From: Candidatus Heimdallarchaeota archaeon
Lineage (GTDB): Archaea; Asgardarchaeota; Heimdallarchaeia; JABLTI01
Reading direction: 5' to 3'
DNA: 21,117 nt
Assembly (NCBI GenBank): GCA_030614005.1
Contig: JAUWKS010000056.1
Location: forward strand, 1-21,117
Positions 5,537 through 14,948 of this stretch are shown in pieces. Position 1 is the stretch's first letter, and every line of letters begins with the position of its first letter. The notes under the pieces are model-generated. The model was given only the letters and a program-made list of their open reading frames with translations, was not told the origin of the DNA and did no database searches. Made by a program: the position numbers and the translations under genes.

Positions 5537-7591
5537 TTATTTCTTAACCAAGCCAACCTTATCAAGGGTATATCCATAGATAAAAGCAGTTTCTTTCATG
5601 TGTTCATATCGTCCAGAAGCACCGCCGTGTCCTGCACCCATATTTGTTTTCAACAGCAACTCATTTTTGTCAGTTTTTGATACTCTCAGTTTGGCTACCA
5701 TTTTTGCTGGTTCCCAGTAAGCAACACGAGGATCATTTAATCCGGCTGTTACTAAAATATGAGGATAATCTTTTGCTTCAATATTATCATACGGAGAATA
5801 GGATAGCATATAATCAAAGTATTCTTTCTCGTTTGGATTTCCCCATTCCTCCCATTCTTGAGCAGTTAATGGAATGGTTTCATCTAGCATAGTATTGATT
5901 ACATCAACAAATGGCACTCGAGCAATAACTAACTGGAATAATTCGGGAGCCATGTTCAAAATCGCACCCATTAATAATCCACCGGCACTTCCTCCGGCAA
6001 CTACTAATTGTTCTTTTGAAGTTACTTTTTCGGCTATTAGGTATTTAGCGCAGTCAATGAAATCGTAGAAGGTATTCTTTTTCTTAAGCATTTTACCATC
6101 TTCGTACCACTTTCTCCCAAGTTCACCACCACCTCGTACGTGAGCGATTACATACACCATATTTCGCTCGATTAGACTTACTAAAGTTGGAGAGAAATTG
6201 GTATCCATTGAATAGCCGTAGGAACCATAAGCATAGAGCATTGTTGGTGCAGGTGTTGTTAGTCCTTTCTTGTGAACGATTGAAATAGGCACTTGCACAC
6301 CATCACGAGCTTTTACATTTACTCGAGTAGTCACATAATCTTCTTTATTGTAATTCTTTACTTCATCCTCTTTTAAAAGAACTAATTTCTTATCTTTTAC
6401 CTGGTAATCAAAAATGGTTACAGGGGTTATTAAAGAAGTATAACGAAGTCGCAAAACATCTGATGAATATTCGAAATTATCTCCAGTCCAAACACCGTAA
6501 ACCGGTTCTGGGAATGTTACATCATGGTTTCTCTTATCATCTTTCCCGAAGAAAATACCTATTTTTATTAACCCTTCATGTCGCTTAACGATTATCAGGT
6601 ATGGTTCAAATGCAATAGACCATGAGAGCTTCACATCATCATTATGAGCAATTATTTCTTCCCAATCATTTTTAGCTAGCTTATTAATCGCGGTTCTCAT
6701 TAACTTGAAATTTGTTGCTTTATCATCATTTGTTACAATGTAGAAAAAACCATCTTTATGAGTTATACTGTACTCGTGGTCTTTTTCTCTCAAGAGAACA
6801 ACGACAAACTCTCCTAGAGGATTTGACAAATCAAGGAACCGTGTTTCTGAACTAGTAGTGGTTTCAGAATCCATGAAGAGGTATTTCCCATCTTTGCTTT
6901 TCCAAACTGTTAATCTTCTAGTAATATCCTTTTCTTCAAAAATTAGTCTATCTTCTTCTGTAGAAGAACCAAGACGATGTCTTTTTAGTGCATAGGGTCT
7001 CTGAGCTTCATCCCTTAAAGTATAGTAGAGGGTATTATCATCTACCCATTCAAAGCTCCAACCAATATTCTCTACTCCAGTAGAGCTAGTTTCGCCTGTT
7101 TCAAGGTTCTTAATCTGGATACTATATTTTTCATAACCGGTATTGTCAATTGAATAAGCCAATAATTTCTGATTCGGGCTAATTTTCATTGTCTGAATTT
7201 TATAATATTCAAAGTCCTTAGCTAACTCATTTACATCTATGAGTAATTCTTCTTTGTTCTCTAAATTCAAGTGTTTTCGATAGTAAATCTTATACTCTTT
7301 TCCTTTCTCATTTTTATTATAATAGTAATAGTCCTTGAATTTGTAGGGAACACTCTCATCATCTTCCTTTATTCTATTCTTCATTTCAGTAAATAACTCG
7401 TCAATAAAAGGTTCCAGATAGTTAGTTTTTGCTTTAGTATAATCATTTTCAGCTGTCAAATAATCGATTACTTCTTGCTTTTCTTTTCCTCGCAACCAAA
7501 AATAATCATCTACTAATTCATTCCCAAAAATCTTAGTGATCTTGGGTTCTTTCTTTGCAATTGGGGGATTAGTTTTTTCCGGCATAATCAT
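5537..7591 (-). CDS. ptrB: Oligopeptidase B (protease II, family S9A)
   Basis: N-terminal DDYFWLR and beta-propeller region; catalytic GGSAGG, NDPRV and GHGG; S1 motif PLTAQEWEEWGNP. Start at 7591 or 7585. Confidence 0.95.
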   Translation of the reverse strand: MIMPEKTNPPIAKKEPKITKIFGNELVDDYFWLRGKEKQEVIDYLTAENDYTKAKTNYLEPFIDELFTEMKNRIKEDDESVPYKFKDYYYYNKNEKGKEYKIYYRKHLNLENKEELLIDVNELAKDFEYYKIQTMKISPNQKLLAYSIDNTGYEKYSIQIKNLETGETSSTGVENIGWSFEWVDDNTLYYTLRDEAQRPYALKRHRLGSSTEEDRLIFEEKDITRRLTVWKSKDGKYLFMDSETTTSSETRFLDLSNPLGEFVVVLLREKDHEYSITHKDGFFYIVTNDDKATNFKLMRTAINKLAKNDWEEIIAHNDDVKLSWSIAFEPYLIIVKRHEGLIKIGIFFGKDDKRNHDVTFPEPVYGVWTGDNFEYSSDVLRLRYTSLITPVTIFDYQVKDKKLVLLKEDEVKNYNKEDYVTTRVNVKARDGVQVPISIVHKKGLTTPAPTMLYAYGSYGYSMDTNFSPTLVSLIERNMVYVIAHVRGGGELGRKWYEDGKMLKKKNTFYDFIDCAKYLIAEKVTSKEQLVVAGGSAGGLLMGAILNMAPELFQLVIARVPFVDVINTMLDETIPLTAQEWEEWGNPNEKEYFDYMLSYSPYDNIEAKDYPHILVTAGLNDPRVAYWEPAKMVAKLRVSKTDKNELLLKTNMGAGHGGASGRYEHMKETAFIYGYTLDKVGLVKK

Positions 7592-7756
7592 ATCTATTCT
7601 TTCAACATTTATTAAAAGTTTTTCAATAGAAAAAGAAGAATTTTTTGTCGCTTAATTTTATCATTAGATTTGAGTAAAGTTAATAAAATTGAATGTAATA
7701 TTACTTTTAGTCATAAAAATTGTGACTATTGAAAAAAAAAGTGGGAATTACTACCA

Positions 7757-8791
7757 GTGGATAATATATTTAAGAATTTAAAAGCTTGGTTGCCGTTATT
7801 AAAGCTTGGCAATACTGTTTCTAGAAAAAATGAACTTGAAGAATATAGCCGTTACCTTGTGTTAAATAATTTAAAGAAAGCAAAAATTATTGACTATTTA
7901 ACCAAACCTAGAGCACTTTATGATATAATTAATCAATTCAATTGGGAATACCCATCAAAGTATGTAGATGATTTTCTTAAAGTACTTGTAAAAGATCATG
8001 TTCTTGACCAAATATATGGTAAATATTCTTTAAATAAAAAGGTAGTAATCGAAAAACCAGATGTTAAATTTATTGAAGATTTTAATGATGTTTTTGAAAT
8101 TTATGCAACAGGAATACCTGAAAGATTGAAAGGTAAGTTCTTTGATTATACAGGTAGATTAGCATTATTTAATTGGGATTCAGTATTAGCTGGACAAATA
8201 TATCAAGCGCTAAGGGATTCTGCTTGGAATTTCATCAACACGAAAAAGATTAATGATGTTCATTTACTTGATATTGGGTGTGGTCCTGGATATGAAACAG
8301 CAGATTTTTGGGTTCGATTTCAGGAAAGGAACGTTAAAATTACTGCACTTGATTATGATGAGAATCTTTTAACAATTGCAAAAGAAGAATTTTGTCAAAA
8401 TATCTCCAAATTTGGATACAAAGAAACTACCTGGGATGAACTAATCAATCCTCCTGAATTTATTCATAGCTCAGCTGATAATATGGCAATGATTGAGGAT
8501 AATAAATTTGATATAATTTACTTCTCAAATTTCCTTCACTGGTTGGATGAACCCATTAAAGGCGTAAAAGAAATGTTCAGAGTATTGAAACCAGGAGGAT
8601 TTATTTTCGGAAGTCAAGGGACATCTGAAGTAACTAATCCATATCTAGACATCACTGCCAGGGTAGTAAAAGGAATAAATGGTTATTTTTCAAAAAAACA
8701 ATTTGTTAAATGGTTCAAAGAAGCCGGTTTTATAGAAATAAAATCAGCAACAATGGTTAACACCTTTAAAGCAAAAAAACCAAACGAGTAA
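7757..8791 (+). CDS. Class I SAM-dependent methyltransferase with an N-terminal extension of about 140 aa
   Basis: Motif I LLDIGCGPG; ALDYD; FDIIYFSNFLHW; MFRVLKPGG. Confidence 0.88.
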   Translation: MDNIFKNLKAWLPLLKLGNTVSRKNELEEYSRYLVLNNLKKAKIIDYLTKPRALYDIINQFNWEYPSKYVDDFLKVLVKDHVLDQIYGKYSLNKKVVIEKPDVKFIEDFNDVFEIYATGIPERLKGKFFDYTGRLALFNWDSVLAGQIYQALRDSAWNFINTKKINDVHLLDIGCGPGYETADFWVRFQERNVKITALDYDENLLTIAKEEFCQNISKFGYKETTWDELINPPEFIHSSADNMAMIEDNKFDIIYFSNFLHWLDEPIKGVKEMFRVLKPGGFIFGSQGTSEVTNPYLDITARVVKGINGYFSKKQFVKWFKEAGFIEIKSATMVNTFKAKKPNE

Positions 8792-8869
8792 AAAAAAGGC
8801 AATAATTTAAAGAGAGAAATACTAGCAAAATCAGCAATTTAAAAACAATTTAGAAGGTGAAATGGAAAT

Positions 8870-9454
8870 ATGGAATATCTTGAATTTGTCAAATCATTCA
8901 AGAAAATTAGGAAAATACTAATCCTTGGTTCAGGTGCAGTAGGAAAGACAAGTCTAACAAAAGTACTCAAATCCGAATTACCTCTAAAGGATATGAATGG
9001 TGATTGTGATTATAATCGCACATTATTTGTTGAAATTGATCAATTCAAAACTAAAGACAAGAAAGGTACTTTTCAAGTGATTGATTTGGCAGGACAACTA
9101 GGTTTACCAATTCATGCAACTCGAGATACTCCCAAACTCGCTTTTAGTGCAGTTGATCTAATTTGTTTTGTTTTTTCAAAAGATAATGCACAAAGTTTAA
9201 TCGACCTCAATCAATGGGTAAATATTACGAATAATTATTACCAGAAAACGAACTCGAAAGTTCCTCCCTTCATATTAATCAAGAATAAAATGGATTTGGA
9301 AAACAACATAGATGATTCTTTAGTGGAACTTATGATGTCGAGTATAAAGGGTTATTTTGAGATTTCTTGCTATGATGGTAAGGGAGTTGAGGAATTAAAG
9401 AAGTGGTTCAGTGAATTCTTCATTGAATGCAATAATGGATATAGGGAGAAATAA
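8870..9454 (+). CDS. Ras-superfamily small GTPase (eukaryotic signature protein)
   Basis: G1 GSGAVGKTS, G2 RT, G3 DLAGQ, G4 NKMD, G5 EISC; 194 aa; GGTGA at 8856-8860. Confidence 0.92.
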   Translation: MEYLEFVKSFKKIRKILILGSGAVGKTSLTKVLKSELPLKDMNGDCDYNRTLFVEIDQFKTKDKKGTFQVIDLAGQLGLPIHATRDTPKLAFSAVDLICFVFSKDNAQSLIDLNQWVNITNNYYQKTNSKVPPFILIKNKMDLENNIDDSLVELMMSSIKGYFEISCYDGKGVEELKKWFSEFFIECNNGYREK

Positions 9455-9457
9455 CAC

Positions 9458-10417
9458 ATGTCTTCTAAAATTACTAAAACAATAACAACTGGAGTCCAAG
9501 TTAAATGCAAACTCTGTGATGCAAATATTATTTTTGATGTAAATGATAGTGCATCATTTTTATCGAAAACTGAACATCAGAACTTTTTTGGTATGATGTT
9601 AGTCACATATAGAGTTCAGCATATAGTTAATGGTGAGAAACATCTAAATGCCGTTTTAATTGATCAACAGAACCTTTTCAGAGGGTATATAGATGCCTAC
9701 AAAATTCCTATCATGCAAGAAGAGAAAAAGGTAGATCTAGCTGATTTCAGAAATTACTTGATATTAGAAGAAGAAATATATCCATTAACTTCAAGTGATA
9801 TTTTTACTAATTTCTTTATTATAAATACCACAGGTTGGATTCTTGAAGTAGCAAAATTAGCGAGTATTAATACAGAGGCCGTTCTGAGGAGTATCTTTGA
9901 TAAAATCGAGGAATCAAAAACAATTTACGAAAACATACCACAACCACTCAATATCAAAGTAGCCAATTTAGAATTCTATATCTGGATTGAGGGAAGCACC
10001 CATGTAATGGTTACTTTTCAAAAGAAGAAAGATACTTTTGAGCTAAATGAACTCTTTGAACGAATTACGAAAAATATTGAAAATAATGAAATAATTCCTA
10101 AAAAAAGAATCTTCAAGATTTTAGATACTATTCTACAAGTAACTGACTTGGCAGAAAAAAATCCTGATATAATTCTTAGATTACTAAGTGATGATCTATA
10201 TTATTCCAAGATAAAGACACGATATCCTGAAAGAATTATGGAAATCATACCAAAGATTTCAAAAAGACACTCAATCCCAAAAAGTATCTTAGTGGATTTG
10301 TTATTTGGAAAATATTCTTTAATTGAGCTGTTTGAAGAGAAACCGGAATTAATTACCGAATGTAAACAAATAACAGAGACATTAGATTTTATTAATCGCA
10401 GAAAATTATTGGTTTAA
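9458..10417 (+). CDS. Uncharacterised GTPase-associated protein with an N-terminal CxxC...H-x6-H Zn-binding domain
   Basis: Starts 3 bp after the GTPase stop. C17, C20, H55, H62 followed by VLIDQQNLFRGY; mixed alpha/beta middle; helical C-terminus. Confidence 0.8.
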   Translation: MSSKITKTITTGVQVKCKLCDANIIFDVNDSASFLSKTEHQNFFGMMLVTYRVQHIVNGEKHLNAVLIDQQNLFRGYIDAYKIPIMQEEKKVDLADFRNYLILEEEIYPLTSSDIFTNFFIINTTGWILEVAKLASINTEAVLRSIFDKIEESKTIYENIPQPLNIKVANLEFYIWIEGSTHVMVTFQKKKDTFELNELFERITKNIENNEIIPKKRIFKILDTILQVTDLAEKNPDIILRLLSDDLYYSKIKTRYPERIMEIIPKISKRHSIPKSILVDLLFGKYSLIELFEEKPELITECKQITETLDFINRRKLLV

Positions 10418-11083
10418 ATTAGCAATAAAATGTGGGTTTCCATAATCAATTTTGAGAAAATTATGACATTGAATTATCATCTTGAATTCATACTCTTTGG
10501 CAAAGTTCTTCACTTTGTCAATAGCTTTCTTTTTATCGATTCTAGTTAGATGTTCATCTTCATCGTTTGTACTGCAAGCATAATAATCATACTTGTAATT
10601 ATAATCGTATAGTCGCCCACAAATTGGGCATCGCATTAGAGATGGTTCATAGTAAGCAAATGCAATAGTTGTTTCTAGTTTTGTTTTATATTCATCCAGT
10701 GATTCATCAGCACTCACATCTGCAGAAAGGGAAGAGGGAATATCCTTACATATAGGACAATCAGAAAGCGTTATTGTTTTCGAATTCTCAGGTAATTTAT
10801 TAATGAAATCTATTACTTTTTCAACAGAAAAGGTTGTTGTCTCTTTTGCTTCAACTCTAGCTTTAAATTCTCGAACTGCGACCTCATATTCTTCTTGAAC
10901 ATAAAGTTGTACAATTGCATTAGCTATTGTTTGATTGTTTTCAGTAGATTTGACATAACCTGAGCATTCGAAAGAATAATTCTCCCTATAAAAGTAAAAA
11001 TACACAAATGTACCACCAATGGATCCAATAATAATCATTATGAGGAGTATTATTAGAGTCCATTTTAGAAAATTGGATTTCAT
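10406..11083 (-). CDS. Single-pass membrane protein with a carboxypeptidase-regulatory-like start and two CPIC Zn motifs
   Basis: TM WTLIILLIMIIIGSIGGTFVYFYF; SGYVKSTENNQTIANAIVQLY; CPIC twice; YACST...H. ATG 11083 is preferred over 11206. Confidence 0.7.
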   Translation of the reverse strand: MKSNFLKWTLIILLIMIIIGSIGGTFVYFYFYRENYSFECSGYVKSTENNQTIANAIVQLYVQEEYEVAVREFKARVEAKETTTFSVEKVIDFINKLPENSKTITLSDCPICKDIPSSLSADVSADESLDEYKTKLETTIAFAYYEPSLMRCPICGRLYDYNYKYDYYACSTNDEDEHLTRIDKKKAIDKVKNFAKEYEFKMIIQCHNFLKIDYGNPHFIANLNQ

Positions 11084-11198
11084 AATCAGCACACAAAATT
11101 TATTGGTTAATCTATGAAAGTTCTTAGTACATATAATATTCAATGTAAGAATATTATCGTTTTTTATTAACAATTTTTCCAAAAACGGGTATAGAAAT

Positions 11199-11882
11199 TT
11201 AGGCAATTATAGCTTGTATCCCAAGATAGAATACTCCTATAGCAATTGTATATGCAACCATTACTGGTATTCTAATCAATGATTTCTTTTTGGACAAAAT
11301 ATCTTGGTTAACCAGGAAGGTAGGGAAGACATTGGTTAGACTAAGGAAATGTATGGGAATTAGAAAAGCAAAAGGGAAGATTGTTAAAAAGAGAGAGAGC
11401 TCTAAAATATTGTCCAAAATGTAATATTTCATACATCCTATCAGTATAAAAATTTTTAAAAATCCAACTAGTAAAGAAATCGACAAGATTAGATAATAAC
11501 TTCGTATGAGCATTTTCAATTCTGATCGAGAGCGAATTAAAACTCCGGAACCAATTAAAGAAAATAATCCAATCATTATCCAATAATTGATGTGAAAATT
11601 AGCTGTATACATTAAATCAAATCGTAGTATAGGAATTCCATCTTTAATAAAAACTTCACCATCAGTTTCGTATCCTACAATAGTCTCTGTTATGAAGTAA
11701 TAAAATTCATCATTTTTTGCTTGTGCAGGAACTGATATTACAAGTGCGAGATTAATTATTACTGCAATGAATAACAGTAGAATAGATATTCTATAGTTCC
11801 ATGATGAATTCTTAAACGATTTTGCAAACGAGTGCTTTTTTACTGCTACTCGTAATTCAAAGGGTAGATTTTCCTCTCTCAT
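11199..11882 (-). CDS. Hypothetical multi-pass membrane protein
   Basis: About five hydrophobic segments; AGGTGG upstream of ATG 11882. Confidence 0.7.
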   Translation of the reverse strand: MREENLPFELRVAVKKHSFAKSFKNSSWNYRISILLLFIAVIINLALVISVPAQAKNDEFYYFITETIVGYETDGEVFIKDGIPILRFDLMYTANFHINYWIMIGLFSLIGSGVLIRSRSELKMLIRSYYLILSISLLVGFLKIFILIGCMKYYILDNILELSLFLTIFPFAFLIPIHFLSLTNVFPTFLVNQDILSKKKSLIRIPVMVAYTIAIGVFYLGIQAIIA

Positions 11883-11999
11883 CTAATTCCACCTGTATAC
11901 TACTTTGACTTTCTGATATTATTAACTTTTCACATATGCTTTAGTCTTTCGAGAAAAACTTTAAGGACAATTAATCTTCCTATAGCTGGGGTTGAGCTT

Positions 12000-12338
12000 A
12001 TGTTTTTAGCAAGAATAAAAATTGATAGAAATAAAGTGGAAGAAATTACTAAACAAATAAGAAAAGTATATCCATTAGTATTTGATGATGTAGAGGAATT
12101 TGAAGAATTAAAATTTAAATCTCGTAAGGAATTATTCTATTTTATCATTGATGAAATCTGGGGCCTTGAAAAAAGTTTTTTTCCTTCTCTCCCAAGATCA
12201 CTAGTGGAATTATTAGAAAGAGTGAGATATGTTGAGGTAATTTGGGAAGAGATTAAGAATGAAAAATACATCATTTCTAATGAAGATATTATCTGGGAAT
12301 TGTTCTGTTTAAGGTCCATTCAGATTTACAAAACATAA
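12000..12338 (+). CDS. Hypothetical acidic helical protein
   Basis: 112-codon ORF with host-like composition and a GGGGTTGAG purine tract upstream. Confidence 0.6.
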   Translation: MFLARIKIDRNKVEEITKQIRKVYPLVFDDVEEFEELKFKSRKELFYFIIDEIWGLEKSFFPSLPRSLVELLERVRYVEVIWEEIKNEKYIISNEDIIWELFCLRSIQIYKT

Positions 12339-12399
12339 TGCTTTCAAATCGCTTCCTTTCTAAGAGATGAAGAAATAACAACAAATTCCTAGTTTATTT

Positions 12400-13158
12400 T
12401 TAAATGTCAACTAGAAGCATCCCTTCTTTAGCGATAGGATAACTTGCTATTATTTTACCTGTTGATGAGATAACTTCTGCTCCACCAATTGTTGTCCAGT
12501 TACTATCGGAAAGTTCAGGTGAATAGTAGTTAACCATTAATGATGGCACTTGAAGAACTCTAAAACGAGGTAAATAACCATCTTCTATTTCTTCATCCCA
12601 TTGCTCTTGAGTGAACTTTTGAGAACTATCAAATGATCTTGCAAGAGGGAAAAGCAAATAATCAAGTTCTAAGTGCTTTAATTGCTCGAGAATTTTATCT
12701 TCAAAAAGGTCACCACAAATGATAAACGCCATTTTTCCGAGAGCTGTTTCAACAGATGAAATAATATTACCTTGACAATAAACAGAAGGATCTGCTTGTG
12801 GAGAATGCCAACCGGCAGAATTGCGACGATATTTTAGAATAATTTTACCAGTTGTATCTATAAGAATAGCACTGTCGTAGAACTTTTCGGTTTCCCGTTC
12901 TAAAAGTCCTAATCCAACATAAATCTTATTTTTTCGGGCAGCAGAAGAAATTTGAAGAGAGACAGCCCCAGGTATAGGAACAAACAAAGATGTATCATTT
13001 TGAATGTTATCGATGTTAACCAAACCAGTGTATGTTGCTTCAGCAAATAGAACTAAATCAGCATTCATTCTAGAAGCTTGCTGAATATAATTTAATATTT
13101 CATTTAGGTTATTCTCTGGAGATTCTCCAGGTCGAGTTACTACTAAAGCTGCTCGCAT
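12400..13158 (-). CDS. Carbon-nitrogen hydrolase (nitrilase superfamily), Lys-to-Arg variant
   Basis: ADLVLFAEA (catalytic Glu); FYDSAILIDTTGKIILKYRR; TALGKMAFIICGD (catalytic Cys); GGAEVISSTGKII. Confidence 0.9.
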   Translation of the reverse strand: MRAALVVTRPGESPENNLNEILNYIQQASRMNADLVLFAEATYTGLVNIDNIQNDTSLFVPIPGAVSLQISSAARKNKIYVGLGLLERETEKFYDSAILIDTTGKIILKYRRNSAGWHSPQADPSVYCQGNIISSVETALGKMAFIICGDLFEDKILEQLKHLELDYLLFPLARSFDSSQKFTQEQWDEEIEDGYLPRFRVLQVPSLMVNYYSPELSDSNWTTIGGAEVISSTGKIIASYPIAKEGMLLVDI

Positions 13159-13437
13159 TGATTAAAACATCCACAAGATACTTTTCAGTGGAATAGAAAA
13201 GGATATTCAATGTTAAAAACATTTATTCAGAGAAAAAAGCAAATCAAATGACATTCTTTGGTTATTCACTCAGATTAACTAAATATTTTAACTTAAAGCT
13301 CAACGTTAGAATATTCAGATTTTGAATAAAGATACTTTAGAATAAAAGGAGAAAGGTTTTATTCAAACCATTCGAATTGTAACTCTCTTTAGAATTGAAA
13401 GAAAGAATAGTTAACATCTGATTGAGGTCGTGAATGA

Positions 13438-14001
13438 TTGAATATTTTTAACCGAGTTGCTAATAGTTATGACAAATTCGTGGGTCCTTTTGATTTGGAT
13501 GAAATTAACGAATATTTACCTTTAAGGTCAGATGGATTGCTCATCGATTTGGGTGGTGGAACAGGTAGAGTAGCATTCCAATTGTCAGAGTATGTTAAAG
13601 ATTGCTTTGTATTAGACTACTCGTATGAGATGCTTCAACAATCACAGAAAAATAACCATCGATTACCGCTAATACAAGGAGTAAGTGAAAATTCACCTTT
13701 CCGATCAAATTCCATCAATCAGATTTTCCTTAATGATTCATTGCATCACATCCAAAAGCAGCAAGAGACCTTAGAGGAATGTTATAGACTTTTAAGACCA
13801 AAAGGTGAATTAATTATTAGAGAATTTGATAAGAAATATTTCTGGAACATTTTTCTTATAATTGGAGAAGCATTTCTAAGATTCAAAAGTAAATTTGTTT
13901 CACCCAAGCAACTATCTGTAATGTGTGAAAAAGTTGGCTTCACCACTCGTTGGGTGAGACCAAATAAAGCAACATTTATCCTCATAGCTACAAAGGAATA
14001 G
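13438..14001 (+). CDS. Class I SAM-dependent methyltransferase (UbiE-like)
   Basis: LIDLGGGTG; LDYSYEML; SPFRSNSI; LHH; YRLLRPKGELII. TTG start with GAGGT at 13424-13428. Confidence 0.88.
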   Translation: MNIFNRVANSYDKFVGPFDLDEINEYLPLRSDGLLIDLGGGTGRVAFQLSEYVKDCFVLDYSYEMLQQSQKNNHRLPLIQGVSENSPFRSNSINQIFLNDSLHHIQKQQETLEECYRLLRPKGELIIREFDKKYFWNIFLIIGEAFLRFKSKFVSPKQLSVMCEKVGFTTRWVRPNKATFILIATKE

Positions 14002-14028
14002 TGTGAAGTTATACACTTAATTTAAGCG

Positions 14029-14250
14029 TCAAGGAAGAGATTGCATTAGTTTCTAAGTTTCCTCTTCAAGAGCACGTAAATCATTAGAATCTACTCCAAA
14101 TCTGGGTTCAATATTCATCGGTATCTCAATTTCTTGAACAAGAATTCCATCTTTAAATGCTTTAACAATCCAATTTCTTTCTGAAGAGGAAGTTGGTATA
14201 AATGCTTGTACCTTATAACCTCTTTCTTCAAATTCATCATATAATTTCAT
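14029..14250 (-). CDS. Small hypothetical protein: 65 aa to TAG 14053, 73 aa if that TAG is a lesion
   Basis: Reads ...LEEET-TAG-KLMQSLP-TGA; the helix pattern continues through the TAG. Confidence 0.55.
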
Positions 14251-14345
14251 ATGATTAATAGGGATATTTATAATAAAAACAATTTCTATAAAGCAATTTT
14301 TGAAAATTAAAAGAATAATAGAAGGGAATTTGATAACCTTCTATT

Positions 14346-14948
14346 TCACTTCTTACTCTTTGATTTTTTCTTGGGTTTCTTTTTCTTACCTTTCATAAGA
14401 ACCGAAATTATTACTATAATAATAATTAAGGCAACTAAACCGCCACTGCCTATTACAGCATACCACCACCAATCCAAACCTTCTAACGAACCAAAGTTAA
14501 GGACATAGGTTGCGGCAGACCCAGTTCCACCATTACCCACCAATAAAGAATGTTCTCCTGTGGTATCAGATACTGCAGTAAAGTTTAATATTTTCTCTTC
14601 ACTTGCATCGCCTGAAAACCAAATACCAGTATCCGCTTTGAACCCATAAGATTCTCCTGGTCGATTGATTTGAAGATAAAATACTCCTATGATATCAAGA
14701 TTAAACTGTACTCTGAAGAAGTATTCTTTTCCTTCTTCCATATAAACCAGGTATTCACCTTCATCTGGTCCTGCAATCAATGCACCTTCTAGATCATTGA
14801 TTTTACGATAGGCTGATGCATTTTGAAATAAATCATGAAATGGTTGATTGCTGTCCATAGCTATAGCCATTACTGGAGTGAAAGCTAATGGTGCAATAAA
14901 CAATAATAATCCAAAAACGGCAAAAATTCTTGTTTGAAATGCTTTCAT
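14346..14948 (-). CDS. Secreted protein with a C-terminal TM anchor and Lys-rich tail (putative beta-sandwich ectodomain)
   Basis: Signal peptide MKAFQTRIFAVFGLLLFIAPLAF; beta-rich middle; TM WWWYAVIGSGGLVALIIIIVIISVLM; tail KGKKKKPKKKSKSKK. GAGG upstream. Confidence 0.8.
   Translation of the reverse strand: MKAFQTRIFAVFGLLLFIAPLAFTPVMAIAMDSNQPFHDLFQNASAYRKINDLEGALIAGPDEGEYLVYMEEGKEYFFRVQFNLDIIGVFYLQINRPGESYGFKADTGIWFSGDASEEKILNFTAVSDTTGEHSLLVGNGGTGSAATYVLNFGSLEGLDWWWYAVIGSGGLVALIIIIVIISVLMKGKKKKPKKKSKSKK

Noticed and set aside
8862-8921. 19-codon out-of-frame ORF starting at ATG 8862 and overlapping the GTPase start
   Set aside because: Too close to the GGTGA motif (1 nt) and has no coding features; likely incidental.
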